From positions 683,998-747,997 of the forward strand of contig QPGO01000015.1 of assembly GCA_008632985.1 (NCBI GenBank): 64,000 nt of DNA, written 5' to 3'. Position 1 is the stretch's first letter, and every line of letters begins with the position of its first letter. This document shows, piece by piece, positions 12,801 to 26,700 of this stretch. The stretch is from Psammoneis japonica (lineage: Eukaryota). The notes under the pieces are model-generated. The model was not told the origin of the DNA. It was given only the letters and a program-made list of their open reading frames with translations, and searched no databases. The position numbers were made by a program, and so were the translations under genes.

Positions 12801-14022
12801 CTTGTTCTTCCTCTCCCATGAAAGAATCTCCATCTATTAGCACACCCATAGACTCGTCAATCGTTTCAGAATAATTTTTAGGCGTCCCAGTCAAGCCAGA
12901 GAGTTCGCCAATGACGCAACGAGAGAGCTTCATGTGCGTAAGCTTTGGAAATTTCTCGCGACGTTGCAACCGCGCCGCCGACGTTCTCACTCCGATGGGC
13001 GGTTCACTTTCATCAGAGTCATATGAATTGTCACTTTCGCTCTCACTACCAGCCTCTGCTTCGTCAGTTACTTCTTGTGGGAAGAGGAACGTGGTCAGAT
13101 CGTATATACAACCACGTTCAAGGCGAAGCAGCTCGAGAGTGTCGTTTAGCGCATTCATGTTCCGAAACCACTCTGGTGGTACTCTATCAATCAAAAGAAC
13201 AGACAAGTTTGGGAAGAGCCGCAAATCAATTGGTGGGCAGTGCCGTATCGTGTAAAAGTAATTAAGGAAATCATTTTCTTGGTCTTCCACAGAGGGTGTT
13301 TCCTGAGACATTCCCAATGATGGACGAAAAGAGAAACTCACTGACTGGTCCTGATCCACTGCTTCATCAAGAAGTTGGTCTATCGAATCCTTTCTCTTAT
13401 GAGGAAGTCTAGGTGGCCATTCATCTGAAGTTATCCTCAAATGTGTCGCCCGAGGTAGCAGATATTTGATAAGCGGCAAACGATCTCTCATTGGAATTTC
13501 CATCCACCAGTCGTCCCCATCCCCATTTCTTTCGAGTTGTAGAAAAGCATGAGTACCGTCAGGATATAAGTTCGACGAAAGCCATCCAATCGCTGATGCT
13601 GGCAATGTCAAACCTCGTTGCGGTGGCAATTCTGCATGTTCTGTAGCGGTTTCGTCAGAAGGAGGTGGCGGACAATTTGATAGGTAGTCAAAGAGTCGAT
13701 CCACCAAATCGGTAGAAGCATCCTTGAGCCGTTGAGCGAGTTTCGATGACAAATTATCTGGCTCGTGTCTTGATGTAGACCTAGATTGTGTTGTCTCTGA
13801 ATGCCATTCGCCAAGCAGCAGCTGCTGGTCATCCTCGAGTCCCGCCGACAACGACGAGGTGAAATGCTGTGCTGTCGCTGGCGCGGAATCTTCCGTGTCG
13901 TGCTCCGATACGTCTTGTATCCGATTGCATGGCGTATTCATATCTTCTGCATGGCTTGACGGAGAGTTCTTTGCTTTGGTTTCGTTGTGTGGAGCTCGGT
14001 CAGACGACGCTTCGTTCACCAT
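9803..14022 (-). CDS. Large leucine-rich-repeat protein with C-terminal PH-like region (STK11IP/nischarin-like layout); introns plus about 3 frame breaks
   Basis: LRR consensus repeats (LVSLSLAHN, LSKLDLSFNRL, LKILLLSGNRL, LEQLALDRNNI). Collinear ORFs 12610..14022, 11730..12533, 11275..11733, 10377..11249 and 9803..10297; intron 12535-12613. The frame breaks near 11780, 11260 and 10385 are not explained by introns, so this could be more than one gene. Confidence 0.6.
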
Positions 14023-14474
14023 GTTGGTGCTCTCTTGCGATTTCTGATGTTATCATCTTGAATCTGGCTGCCTGCCTGGCCTGATAAAGTCCGGAGAGCG
14101 TCTTGCTTGCGTCGCCTTTTGGTCGTTGGACGTGGGATCGCCATTTTTTGGAGGTGGCGACGGGTATCGTTGTGTGTGCGTGGTCCCACCCCTCCCACTG
14201 AATTGCACGAAAACACAAGGCTGTGGATGCCACGCGTTAATTTACTACCTGATGGTCCTCTACTAGAAGTACTCTAGAGGCTTACCGTAGATCCATCAAA
14301 GCGAAGAGTGTGGTGCATGATACATCAGGCAGTAGGAGCGGACCACCAACTGCACAAACCAAAGAACACATAACAAGTTTATAATTAGCAATTATTGTTT
14401 TGTTTTCAACGTATCGTATAGCATAAGTAGCGCTTAGCATCTCGTGTTTTCATACTACTCCCACGGCTCGTTTG

Positions 14475-15679
14475 TTATGGCAGCAAACCAATGGAATCAC
14501 CAAACCCAGGACGCGTTGTTACCTGCTCCGCCTCGACACAATAGAAGTGAGCTCTCATGTATCGTACAGTGGCGACGGGTAGGAGAAACGCAAAGAGATT
14601 GATCGCCCAATAAACCAAATTGGTCACCGCAATCCCACGGCACACATGTCCGAGCGGATCTGGCGAGAAAGCCCAGCTCCATAGTGGACCTAATCTTAAG
14701 ATGTTGTACGCAATCGGAATGAAAATGCGAAGAGTAAGCGGTGCCTAATTTCCGACAACAAGGACGCGCAGGGGGTGGATATTGTAAGGCTATCGAGAAC
14801 TACAGCAAGAAAGGGCGGAGCAAAAACATCGAGATGCTCGCTTACCATTATTCGCCGAGACGTTGCTTCGCTGACAGCTTGACAGCACAACAGAAACAGA
14901 GGTCTCGCGCATGATTTAGCTGCTTCGATTTGCTGATCAACCCCGCCAGAAACAGAGTAGCTAAGGAGCACTCCAAGCGGACCCAGCAGGCCAATTAGAG
15001 TGCCTGTGCGAAGCCACCAGCGGTACGACCTGGACCTCGTAAAAGGAATCCCCAAAGGATTCGAAACAAGCGCAGGCACATGTCCCTGAGGAGGCAACGC
15101 CGGCATTGATTCTGTTGTTCCGTTTCTTCTTGGAGACTTTGCGAAAAGCCCCAGTACCGCTGTATAGCCCGACAAAAAGCAAACCCACAACAAGTCCACA
15201 GGTTGAACAAGGTCTGCTACAAGTAGAACAATCCCGACAACTGCAGGTGATAGGCCCACGGAAGCCTCCTTTTCTTGTGGTCCTGCGGCACGTCGAAGTA
15301 GCCTGTATATTTTGCCCGGCAAACGCTTATTCCTCTGACTAGGTGTCCTAATGTTGGGGGCTTTGTCCTCTTCCGCGATTTTGTCGGCCTCTTCAAGAGC
15401 TTTCGACGCAGCATCCGGTAGTTTGCCGCCCGCAAAGGACTGAGACAAACGAATAGGTTCTTCATTGCATTCTGGCCATATTTCAGCGCCACGTCCATAG
15501 GCTGAAGATAATAAATGAGACGACTTGAATGCTTTGTTTGCTTCAACGAAAGGGTTTGTCCTTCTCAGATATGGGATTTCAGGTCGCATCCTCAACGTAG
15601 TTTGACTCTGGAAACCAAACGACGAGTAAGGCAGCAATGCAAAGAGTAGAAATAATGATGCTGAAAAGTACGGCATCAT
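14475..15679 (-). CDS. Uncharacterised multi-pass membrane protein, probably plastid-targeted; 2 exons
   Basis: Signal peptide plus SFGF and a transit-like segment. An intron after RRIM (gtaagc...ttag) leads to exon 2 APLTLRIFIPIAYNILRL...VTNLVYWAINLFAFLLP, ending at the stop at 14475. Confidence 0.7.
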
Positions 15680-16261
15680 TGTTGATGGCCTACGAATTAG
15701 AGCTCATGAAGTGTTGTCGGGCCTCTCGATCATATCGTTGAGCACAAGCGAGAAATAACAACAGGACTTTTGCAGGTATGGTTGCCTTTGCATTGAGCAT
15801 GCTGATGTGATCGCTGTCATGCAGTCATGCATCCTGGATCCTGCCATCATTATTTTTGATGTCGATACCGGTAACGGTACTGTACGTAGCGCGAGTGCGA
15901 CAAGAAAAGGCGGGAAAACTGATCTGTGTAGGTGTAGTATCACAATTAGAGTCAGTATTGTGAAACTAAGTAATATATAAGCTTATAAAACTTCTATAGT
16001 GAGGTAGTATGTAGATTCTGCTTTTATAAACTTATTCGAATATGAATAAATACTAATGTCTATATCATATATATATGCTCTTAAATAATGCAATTAAAAT
16101 GCTGAATGCTCATTTTTTCAGTCGGCCGCAGGCTCACATCAAAACCAAACGCGCCTTGCCAATCACTCTGGTGAATGCTCAAATGCGATTGCTTTTATAG
16201 CTAAGGTATTCTCTCATGCCGTCTCAACAGACTCTCAATTCCACGGGTGTAGAGCGCTAAT

Positions 16262-18914
16262 ATGAGGCGCGTATCGGTTGTTACTCGCCCAGTCTATGAA
16301 ATAATGACGATTACGTTGAATGGCAGAGTCGCGTGGCAGCTGATTTTCATTTGCCTTCTTTTGCTTTTGAATCTTCGGGTTTCGCTTGCATCGTTCCTTC
16401 CAGATCCTTCTGTCAAATGGTCGTTCAGACTAAAGGGATCGGGAGAGGATAGTGCGCGAAGCCTTCGCAAAGGAAATGCTGTTGTGACTTCGAAATATGG
16501 GGCGATTATCTTTGCTTCGGCTTACGATGGATCTCTTCACATCCTTAGCCCCGACTTGGACTATACTGCTGTATATGACCCCCCAAAGGTGACCGGTACG
16601 CTTATTGAATGCCGATCTGGTGTATCCTTGATTGAAACCGAAGATGAAGTTGTGGCAGTCTACGCAGTTATTGATGTACCGGTTGCAGCCGAGGTTTCAT
16701 TTGACGCCGAAATTCCCAACCAGACCAAGTCTGCCGCAGAACTTACGAGGTGAGAAATCATGAGGCACCGTATCGTCGATCCGTTTCTTCGTAATTGAAT
16801 CTAAATGATATGTCTTTTATTTACACGTGAAGCCGTATTATTGCGGTGAATATCAATGGCGTGCAACTTTGGTCCATGGTTGTCAACGGTGTTGTTTCTG
16901 GAACACCAATCGTCGGAAGGGATGGAAAGACAATCTATGGGTCTGTCAACCGCCCCGTCATCGAGAGTAACGGACAAGCGGTTCTTGAAGGGAGAGTGGT
17001 TGTGATTGTCGCAAGCAATGGAAAGCCCACTGTAGCAGCTGAGATTTTCCCGTCTACCGGAGCCGCTCCGTTTGGCCCTTTGCGGCTTGGTCCAATCAGA
17101 ATTCATGACATTGACGCGGATCTAGTGGTTATCGCCGAGAGTCACGAAGATGGTTTTGCTGAGAATGGTCGATTACATTATCTTGTTCCGTCAAAAAATT
17201 ATACTCAGAATGGAGGGATTGGTACAAACTCCTATGATATGAAAATGTTCAGTGACTGGGGTCTGTCATCCATTACCAGACCCACAGTAAGTGCGGATGG
17301 CCAAGGCCTGTGGACCGGAGGAGCTGGATCGGTGGTTGCAGGGTGGCTGGAGTTTGCAGAAACGATTGGCGATGAAACAGCAAAGTTGCCCGTTGACTTT
17401 GACTGGGAGACGTTGGTCCCTCCGAGCGAGCGGAATGTTTCTCAACGTGAGTGTTTCCTGCACAATCTTTGCCACACGTATCTTTCAGCTACCATACGAC
17501 GGGCTCATTCTTGACTTGTTCCCCATATTCTTACAGCCCTGATGAATGCACCGGTTGTTTCCGAAGACAACCAACACCTTTATATCACCACACTTACGAA
17601 CGAGATAGTTTGTCTTGACGCACGCTCGGGCGAGCTTGTGTGGTCGAACGACGACGGCGCAAGCACGTACTTATCCGAACCAAAAGTTAGCTCGGTTGGA
17701 GGTTATTCGATGCTCTACACAATCGAGGTAAGATCAGCTTCGGAATGCTCTCATAAATGACGACAGGACATCAAGCTCATTTTTTTTTTTACATGTTACT
17801 CTATACTTAACACAAGATGTTGGGTGGCCGGGTGCGGCAGCATGACGCGTCGAATGGATGGCGCAACTGGGAATTTGATTGCTCCAGTAACATTTCTGAT
17901 GTTTCATTTTGTCAAAATAGCGTGGAAGCAGAGTTTTGTATCTCACCAAGCGGAAACGAATTGTATTATGGTGATTTTTTTGGGAACATCATCGCATTGC
18001 AAGTTGCAGAGTTTAAACCAACTCCGTCACCGACTACTTCTGCTCCCGTCAAACCGACGGCCGCAAGTAGCGAATCACCCACAATCTCGCCAAATCAGCC
18101 AGAAGCGCCGTTTGGCCCAAGTGACGAACCTACCGCTAGTCCGCCATCGTCAAACAAGACTGATGCTGTACTTGTATCAGTCGTCGTCGTCACGGTGATG
18201 ACTGCGGCGATTGCGGTTTTGTTTTTCCTCTGTAAGAATCGTCGAACAAAGATGAGAGAAACAGCACAAGCTCGAGAAGAGGAAGATGACAGACGTTGGA
18301 AGCTAAAGCAAATGGCATGGGAGGACTCATGTCGCAGGGAGGAACAAGCAACAATATCAGAGATCAACAGAGAACGGGTTCATCAAAAATTTGAACAACC
18401 GATGCGAAAATCTGCAAAATCGCACTCTTTGCATTCACCTCGAGCCCCAGCGCTATTGGCGCCTATACAAGAAGTTGACGATGAATGGTCTGTAAGTACC
18501 GAGCTCTCAAGGCCCAAGCGGGTCGCAAACCCGTCAAATCTACCGCACTCTCTGGTCAAGTCGAACTTTCAGGAGAAGAATCCAGCTATCCGTGAGGGGA
18601 TTCCCCGCCAATTCCATTCTAGCCCAGATGAGGACGTCGTCGGCATGCCTAACGATGAGCCTCCATCTAGCGGTGGACGCGACGAGAAAAACAGCAGCTC
18701 CTCACCCGAATACGAAGACGAGCACACCGAAGGGAGCTTTGATGACGAAGACATCGAAGAGAGTTGGTCCATCAGAGATGATCAGGCTTCAGAGCTCTCA
18801 GCACGTCGCCATCGAAATGATGATGATCCTGGTGTTTACGACGACACGTCTGAAACTGGAAATAGTGACAGGCCTCAGCCACCGCAAGCGCAGCATCCAC
18901 CTCCAATTTCTTAA
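16262..18914 (+). CDS. Secreted/type I membrane beta-propeller (PQQ-like repeat) protein with a P/S/T-rich stalk, TM and acidic tail; 4 exons
   Basis: ORFs 16262..16753, 16846..17514, 17542..17760 and 17817..18914 are separated by GT-AG introns. Repeated W..-type propeller blades (CLDARSGELVW); TM VLVSVVVVTVMTAAIAVLFFLC. Confidence 0.7.
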
Positions 18915-19058
18915 CGTGACTAGCGGAAGTCAAGCACGGTATAGCTCAAGCTGTCTAATCTCTTTTACATTACTCTGTTCCATCTTGTAAAATACTGTGC
19001 TGGATACATTGAACATGAGGAAACCTACCAGGTTCGCTTATTCTCCGGCAACTGCCAA

Positions 19059-20260
19059 TCAATCTTTCTTGGTGTCAGTTGTGAAGACGCTTGCAGCTTT
19101 GGACATCACCCCGCCACGCAAATTTGCGGGAATCTTTTTCTCCATGTCCCTTTTCACCAAGTACGTGTCATGAAGTAACATATTCTCATACTGCCCGGAG
19201 AGCGGTACCAGCACGTTTCGAAAGACAGCGTTTGCTCCCTAAAACATTGGTAGAAAGAGATAAACAGTACAAACCAGGCAAATACTGTAGAAGCCACGGA
19301 TATGCCCAACAAAGTTCTCAAGGTAATCCATCATGATGAAGAGAATTGAGAAGCAACACCAGTAGGTCAGCCAATATGTATCATCAATGCCGGAATCGAT
19401 TCCGGTCTGTGTGGAGATGGCCACAGTGCTAGCTGCTATAGGGTAAATCGTGCCAACAGCTACAACAACAAATCGTCGCGCCTCTTCAGGTAAGCTCATG
19501 AAAGTGAACCACACAATGTAGATGTACGAAGTATTGACAACCGTCATCAGAAGGCCAATCCATCCTTCCACCTTGCTCGACAGTTTCTTCGCCCCTGGAG
19601 CTATGTACTTCGCTGTGAATTGGTCATGTATCACCGCTGCACCGTCGGTGAATGGGAGTACAAGCCAGAGCGTAACAAGGAATTCGAACTCATACCAATG
19701 ATCGCCAGAGAATGGTAAGATGTGAGTTATTTCATCCATAAATTCTGTTGCGTAGGAGAACGATGCACTCGTCACCCAAAACTGCAGCCAGGCAGTATCG
19801 TCTTCTTCACCAACTAAGTTCCCGGTCAGAGTAGATTGAGAGGGCGGGTTTAGATCACAGGACCAACCAACAACAGCTGGATTAAAAACAACATGCATCA
19901 CTTACCACTGCATACGGCTGCAAGAAACGATGCGGAAAGACCAAGTATCGTGTGAGTTTCCATCAAAAGTCGGGAATATTGCCAAAGCCAAATCAACTTA
20001 CCCACAATACTCTCATATATTGGGAGAAGTGTACCAATGATAAGAACGCCAAATTTGGAAAAGAAAATGTCTTTCATTGATTCAGGGAAGAGAAAGACGG
20101 AGAGCAACGAGCAAGCGAGAAAGATCAAGTGATATAAAATGTTCTTTCCCCTCGTCCTAGGCACCCGACTGAGAATCGGGATCATGATGACCACGCCAAG
20201 GACAGCGGCACCATACTCAAGGTTCTTGACCCAGTCATTGTCCTCTGAGTCCTCCGCCAT
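19059..20260 (-). CDS. HVA22/TB2-DP1 (REEP-like) protein with two repeats; in-frame TAG at 19239-19241
   Basis: Two HVA22 units (PIYESI.A...DDTAWLQFW...LWLVLPFTDGA and YPIAAS..A...DDTYWLTYW...YLFLPMF*GANAVF). The reading frame continues 59 codons past the TAG to a TGA at 19059. Confidence 0.8.
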
Positions 20261-20805
20261 CGTTCACTTCAGTGTTGTTCACACCGGGACCCGGTACCGG
20301 ATTTTTTGTGTGATGTAGTCGTCGTCCGTCGTCTTTGCATGCCTCGGCGGCAGGTTTGGGATCTTGAAAATCTGTCATCATATCAAAATATTCAGAAGTG
20401 AAGCTTTTGCAATCAGCGATTGTTGAAGTTGCGATGCCAGACGATCTCCGCTCCGATCCGATCGTTGATCCTGTATCCTTGTCAGTGTGAAATACTGTCG
20501 GGATCACTAGCTAGAGAGTAGAGAGTAGTTATTGAAAAGTAGAGAATAAGGTGCGCCAAATTATCAATGAAGGCTGGCAAACCTCCTCATTCAACTTCTG
20601 ATGAATAGCTACCAGAAAGCTCTCCACCAGCATGTAGAGAGTAGTAAGCAATCCAAAGAATATCCGAGCAGAATGGCACTATGATTTGGTTCGAGCACCG
20701 AGCACGGCACAAGTTATCGTAAGGATCGACAGACCTAGCTACAGCCGCTTTACTACCTCGAGCAACTCTCAAGTCCAGACATGATGCAAGTACAACGCTT
20801 CCTTC

Positions 20806-23201
20806 CTATTCAAACTCCCCAGCCTTCCGAGATTTACCGTTTTGGTCATTTTTCGACAGTTCTTCGAGATGACTGCATACCCTTTCGATGAGGTCGTCTT
20901 TCTTGCCCGACAACTTTAGATCGTTTTCTTTCAAATACTTCTTCAACAGAGGCACGGTGCACTCTGAAAGAGAGTTAGTTTTGTATAATTCGAGCCAGTC
21001 ACATTCATCATTGACCCCTCTCTTCCGTTTTAGGCTTTTTGTCGCCACTACATCTTCCGGTAAAAGACAACGTAAGGCTTCAATCTGTTCCCCGGCCACG
21101 TCTTTGACAGTTGCATATTCGACTTCAGTTTCATCGTGCTCGCTTTTAAGAGTTGTGTCGATAGCTACACTCTCAATATAACCCCAAAAACGAGATAATG
21201 CTGCGTTGTCGTAGCTATAGCCAAACTCAATTCCGTCAAGATTTTGGCTTCGAACCAAGTCCGTTGCAGCATCCAAGGCAGATTTCTCCTTCGCTGCCTT
21301 CGGATCAGTCTCTCTGCCTGGCTCATCGGATGGTGCAGCCCCGAGATCCACATCGACTGCGCGAACATCATCCTCAAACGGCAACTGCACCAAAACGATA
21401 CCAGGGGGGGTCACTTGCCTGTCACTAGTTCCTTCTGAAGAGCCCACAACCTCATGCTCCTCTTGTTGCGGGTAAAGAGCCACTAGTCTCGATGTCGTTC
21501 CGACTCGTTGCAGCAGCTCCCCAATGGCTGCTACTCGTTTCTCAACCATGGCAGCGTGCAAGTTCGCAAAGGCGGCTTTGGATCCTTTCACAACATCATC
21601 GTTAGGATAGACCAAGAAGGACCGATCAATTCGATGCATCGTTGACAACGAGTCCATCGGCTTGAATCCAAGCAGTATAAGGCTGGCCTTATCCGCGGCA
21701 CTAGATTGTTTCTTTATGGTCGCCAATTCGTCAGCACTAAGTGGCACTAGGTCATCACCAAACTTTGCAAAGGTTCGAATTCGATCCACCGATGAAGTGT
21801 CCACTGTTCCAGCCTTTTTGCTTCTCGAGTCAGAAACGATCTCCCCTGTTACTTTGTCAATGACTTGTGTCACTTTTTCTGTCATTCTGTATTACAAGAA
21901 GGTGACAAGAATAGAAATGAGGGAGGAACGAGCAAATTGTAGAAGGTACATACACGCATTGTACTCGCTTACTTGTTGGTGAGCTGGTGGATGGTGACCG
22001 ACTGTGGCTTCTTCTGCACCTGCACAATCCCAAACAGGTCAACCATGATCCCCGGGTCGTCCAGACGGTCTCTCCAATCCGGAAGCAACAATGGAACAGC
22101 GGCAACCCTCCGAACTTTTTTCCACTGCCGTGAAACGTTTTCGAGCATTTCTTCTAAGTCAAAGGTCCAAGGTTCTTCGCTGTCACTCGCAGGCGCCGCC
22201 ACAATCTTGTCGTAAAACAATTCGCGCGAAAAGGCCACACCATCCGCACGGGGCAATGGCCATACCTGCATCGTGACACCGTTTTCCTTGACATCCTTGG
22301 CAACGACAAGAACGAGTTTCTCTTCGTCCCTGTTTCCATCGCAAGGATTATCGTGGTTTGTAAAGACCCAAATCGTTTTGGAATCAGCAGGAGTCTTCGA
22401 GGTGGTTGCACTCTTCCTGACACACTTTGCACCAAGAAAGGCTTTTCCCGCTTCATAGAGAGCCGAACGAAGCGGGCCTGAGCATGGATAGATAACAGAG
22501 TGAGCCGTCCGGTAGTGTGAGCGCCATTGACCTAGACTCCTGAGGATAGACTTTCAGACTGACTTACACAATGTTTTGTGCCCCATACTCTGAGCAACAT
22601 TCGAAGGTTGTGCTTCTTTGTTTGTGTCTCCATACTCTTCTTCCAAGTCTCGCTTTCGTGGCAAACCTCGATCTCGATCTGGAAGACAATCCCGTAGGCT
22701 TCGAATCTGTTGAATTCCGGGAGGAGTAATATCGAGCAAGGTATGAGTCGAGGATAACGGAGAAGCCGAGTCTTCTTCATCGTGATCCTCCTCTTCCTCG
22801 TCAGATTCATTATTGTCAGATTCTTCATTATCCGACTCGTCCTTCTTGCCCGTTTCTGCAGCTTCTGTAGTTGTGTCGGCTTCGGCGATGGGACGCTGCT
22901 TTGTACCGTACAAAAGAATTCCCACGCCGTCGCGTTTGCCAGTCTTGGAAGTGGCGACATGGTGAACTCTCAGCCGAAGCAATTTTTCACAAGCAATCAA
23001 TGCTGCATCAAACGCTGAAATCATGACTGATTCCTCTCCTTCGCTCTTTGTGTTTTCTTCTTCTTCTTCCTGCACCAACGGAATACAGGGATTAAACATG
23101 GACGGGCGACAATCAATCAAGACGAGAATGTGATGAGCACCAAACCCACCAAGCCCATCAGCGCTTTGTGAAGGACCTTCATCGCTTTCCCCGTCTTCCA
23201 T
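20806..23201 (-). CDS. KU70: Ku70 DNA end-binding protein; 3 exons
   Basis: vWA region (ILVLIDC, DGVGILLYGT, IWVFTNHDNP), core LILLGFKP, F..LHAAM, PPG..L..LPFEDDVR, and C-terminal SAP domain (TVPLLKKYLK...L..SGKKDDLIERV). Confidence 0.92.
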
Positions 23202-23781
23202 GTCCTCGCGGGCCCACGCCGGCTATCAACACGAAAAGACACTGTTAATCCGCCACGCGTTTGATTCAATGCTGCTCTAAATTACGCAGCCTTTCTCTCA
23301 CCTCCTCTCCCCACGGGTCTTCGTCGTCAAAGTCCATTGCTTAAAAATGAGTGGTGAACGTAGTCACAAAGCAAACACCAAACACCAACTCAAACTACGG
23401 CGATCTCGTTCTTGCTTCAGCCATGGGATCGATTTTGCTTTGATGTCGCACGAGCACGAGCACCGGCACCGCGCGCCCGCTCACAGTCGCGCCAAATGGT
23501 TGTCTTTATGAGTCCGGCTGATAGATTCATTTTTGTCTGTGCAGTGCCAGATCAGAATCGCCTTTGTCTGTGCGTCGATGTTTTTCGCGCCATTTTTTGT
23601 AGTACAAAGAGCGCGTAGAATCCACGTCCGAGACGAAAGCAACCACTTTCACACACTTCCACCGCACCGGGCGACACTCACTCCGTCGTGCTCAGTGCTC
23701 TCACAGCATCCACAGCCCACAACACTCCGACGGTGTTGCTGTTGTTTTCGTCGTTGCTGTTTACTTACCATAGTCTTTACC

Positions 23782-26700
23782 ATGGCCATCACAGTGGAAC
23801 TCCTCGATGCTCTACTATCGCCTGCTCCCGCTTCTGCGCTTGGCGGTGCTTCTCCCCGTCAACAGGCCGAGGCCCATCTGCAGACTCTTTCGGCTCCGGA
23901 TCGAGCACGGGGCTTGCTGTCCTTGTTGCTGCAGCTCTCAGGCTCTCAGCCTCCTCACGCCGGTCGCATCATGATGGCGTGTGTGTTGTTGAGGAGAGAT
24001 ATTGCCAATCTTGGGGGAAATGGTGATATCGGGTTACTCAAGGAAATGGTGGAGCCGACGCTATCCTTGTTTGCGAATCTACAGTGCTGTCGTCGTCAAG
24101 TAGGGCATTGTGTTGCCGAGATTTGTGCCAGTCTCTCTATACTCTCCGCACCAGACAGTGACGAAACTGTAGCGGCTATTTTGACGAGAATCTCTGAAGC
24201 GGTGAGTTTGGTCCTTACAGCATGCGTTTCAGATGGGTTCTGACATAAGTTGTTCATAAGTTCTTACATGCTGTTGTCGTCGATTTCTGCACCATACGTG
24301 TTTTTTTATTTTATAGTGCGGAAAAGCCGACGTAGAATCTCTTCGTCTATTGGCAAGCATGGCGGAAAGAGCTCCCATTCCTCTATGGAGAAGTGCTCAA
24401 ACGATACCAAACACGATTCTCGCTGCCCTCCAAGTCCTACAGTCAACCAATTCAGTCGAAATTGCCGAAGCTCTCTGCGACGCTATTGTCAATCTGGGAA
24501 TCGCCGGCCAAGTGGCGACTAGTGGGATTTCAGACGCTTCTACGTTGTTATTGGGAGCGACGGTAAGTTGATATGTTGACGTTTTCAAGAGTCATCTTCA
24601 ACATCTCCCTGCTCACATTTTCCATATTGACACGCAGGATCGACCGGAATCGTTGAAACTAGACCCGGGTTCTCCCGTCACACAGCTCGGCAGCAACTGC
24701 CTCCCTCCTCTCTTGGAAGTTCTTTCTCGATCTCTCGACGAATCCATGAGTGATGCGCTGTGCAAGTGTATGCAGCACCTGTCGCATGGAGCTTCTGCTT
24801 GTCCTTCCCTTTTGGCTGGCGACGTCAATACCTTTGCTGCACTTGTGCGGTGCTGCATGTTGTTGGCGTGCAACCACGGTGATTCTACGGTTAGACTGGC
24901 TTGTCTGGAAGTGCTTGCTTCCATTTGCCAAGTGGACGACGTCAAGAGGGGAAGGCTGTCGCCGTCCAGCCAAGAGGGTTTGCAGTTGCGAAACATGCTA
25001 CTTTTGGGGGAGGGGCTCGGACAGGATGCCAAGGGGGTCATTCGCATTTGTGCGGAAGTCCTTGTCACGGGTGTCGACAATGATGTTGAGGCATGGGCCG
25101 CAGATCCGGCGACATTGGTGGTGAGTACTTGCTCGAAGAGTCTGAACCAGTAGATGAACTGCTTGTCTCACGTTGCTTCCTTTGATTGTGTAGGACGATG
25201 CTGGCTGGGATCTTGACGATGATGCAATGTATGCGGAATCTCTCATGCAACTGTTTCTGCACAACGTCGGGGGCGGAGTGAACTCGCTTCCTGTGGTTTT
25301 GCCGCTCGTAGAGACGCTTCTTGCGGATACTCAGTGGACGCACCATCGAGCTGGATTGTCGATTCTCGAGTGCTGTCTTCACGCAGCTCCCGTGACGTTT
25401 GCGCAGCACGTACCGGTGGCCATGGAAACTGCTCTTAAATTTTCATCCAGCGATTCGGTTCGGGTTCACTATCAGGCTATGAATCTTTTGGGAGTTCTCT
25501 GCGAAGCTGATTCGGCTATCGGTGCTCCTGTAAGGCAGCAGTATGGCTCACGTATTTTAGACGCCGCTTCCATCTTGGTCCAGTCACAGTGCACCAAGGT
25601 TTCTGCAGTGGCGTGTCTTGCCATTGTCTCGTATTGCCGCGGGGGTGATCGATCTGGTTCTGGAAACGGAGAGTCGCTCGTCGTGCCGTATTTGGAGCAG
25701 GTCTTGTCGGCGCTTGTATCGGGCCCTCTCTCTTGGGATGTGAATCCCGATGGTGTGGTTGCTGTCAAAGTCCGAGCGATTGGAGCTGTTGCGTGCTTGG
25801 CAGAAGCAGCAGGAGAAGCGTTTCTTCCCTTTTACCGTCGCGTCATGCCCGGCCTCATTGGATGTGCGCAACTGCAACCCTCCACTGCGTCCAACGGCCA
25901 TGAACTCTCCATACTGCGTGGTTCGTCGATGGAAGCGGCCACAATCGTGGGTCAGGCGATTGGAGAATCCAATCGTAAGTTGTGTCGCAAAAACTACGAT
26001 TGGTTTTCGACTGCTCGTGTGCCTTACCATTTTCATTGCCTGGTTGTTTTCTCTAAAGGCAACATCTTTGTCGGTGATGCCGAACAAATCATGAAACTCG
26101 CTATCCCCGCTCTAAGTGACGATTCGGCAATGATCCCAATGGATCAACTCCTTGCAGCCTGTGCACGCATTGCTTGCGTTATGGGGGAAGCCTACTCCCC
26201 GTTTGTTGGGTCCGTTCTACCACACCTGATCAGCCGAGCTGCGGAACCAGCAGATGTGTCCATTACGGTAAGCACCACCCAAAGTGACGGGAATCTGGAA
26301 AAGTGTTTTATCTCAATCTCACCTTTTCATAAAAAAACTAGGACGGTAACGAAGCAAGCTTTGAAGCTTCTAAGCGAGGAGAATACGAGATTGATGATGA
26401 CGAGGGTACCGAAAGCATGACTGTAGCATTGCCTGGCAAAGGCTTGAAGAAAGTGACTATCAATACTACAAAAATCCAAGAGAGGTCGCTCGCCTGTCGA
26501 GCACTGTACGAGCACGCAGCTGCTTTGGGTGCTGCATTCGGTCCTCATGCAGAGGTAAGTCGTGTTGTGATACACACTTACTCGATTGATGACAAAGTTT
26601 CATTTACTCTAATACTGCCTTCATTGTCATGCTTTCAAAAGGCTACCTTGGATGCATTCATGCCGTTGGTGACATTTCCATATTCATCCGAAGTGCGTTC

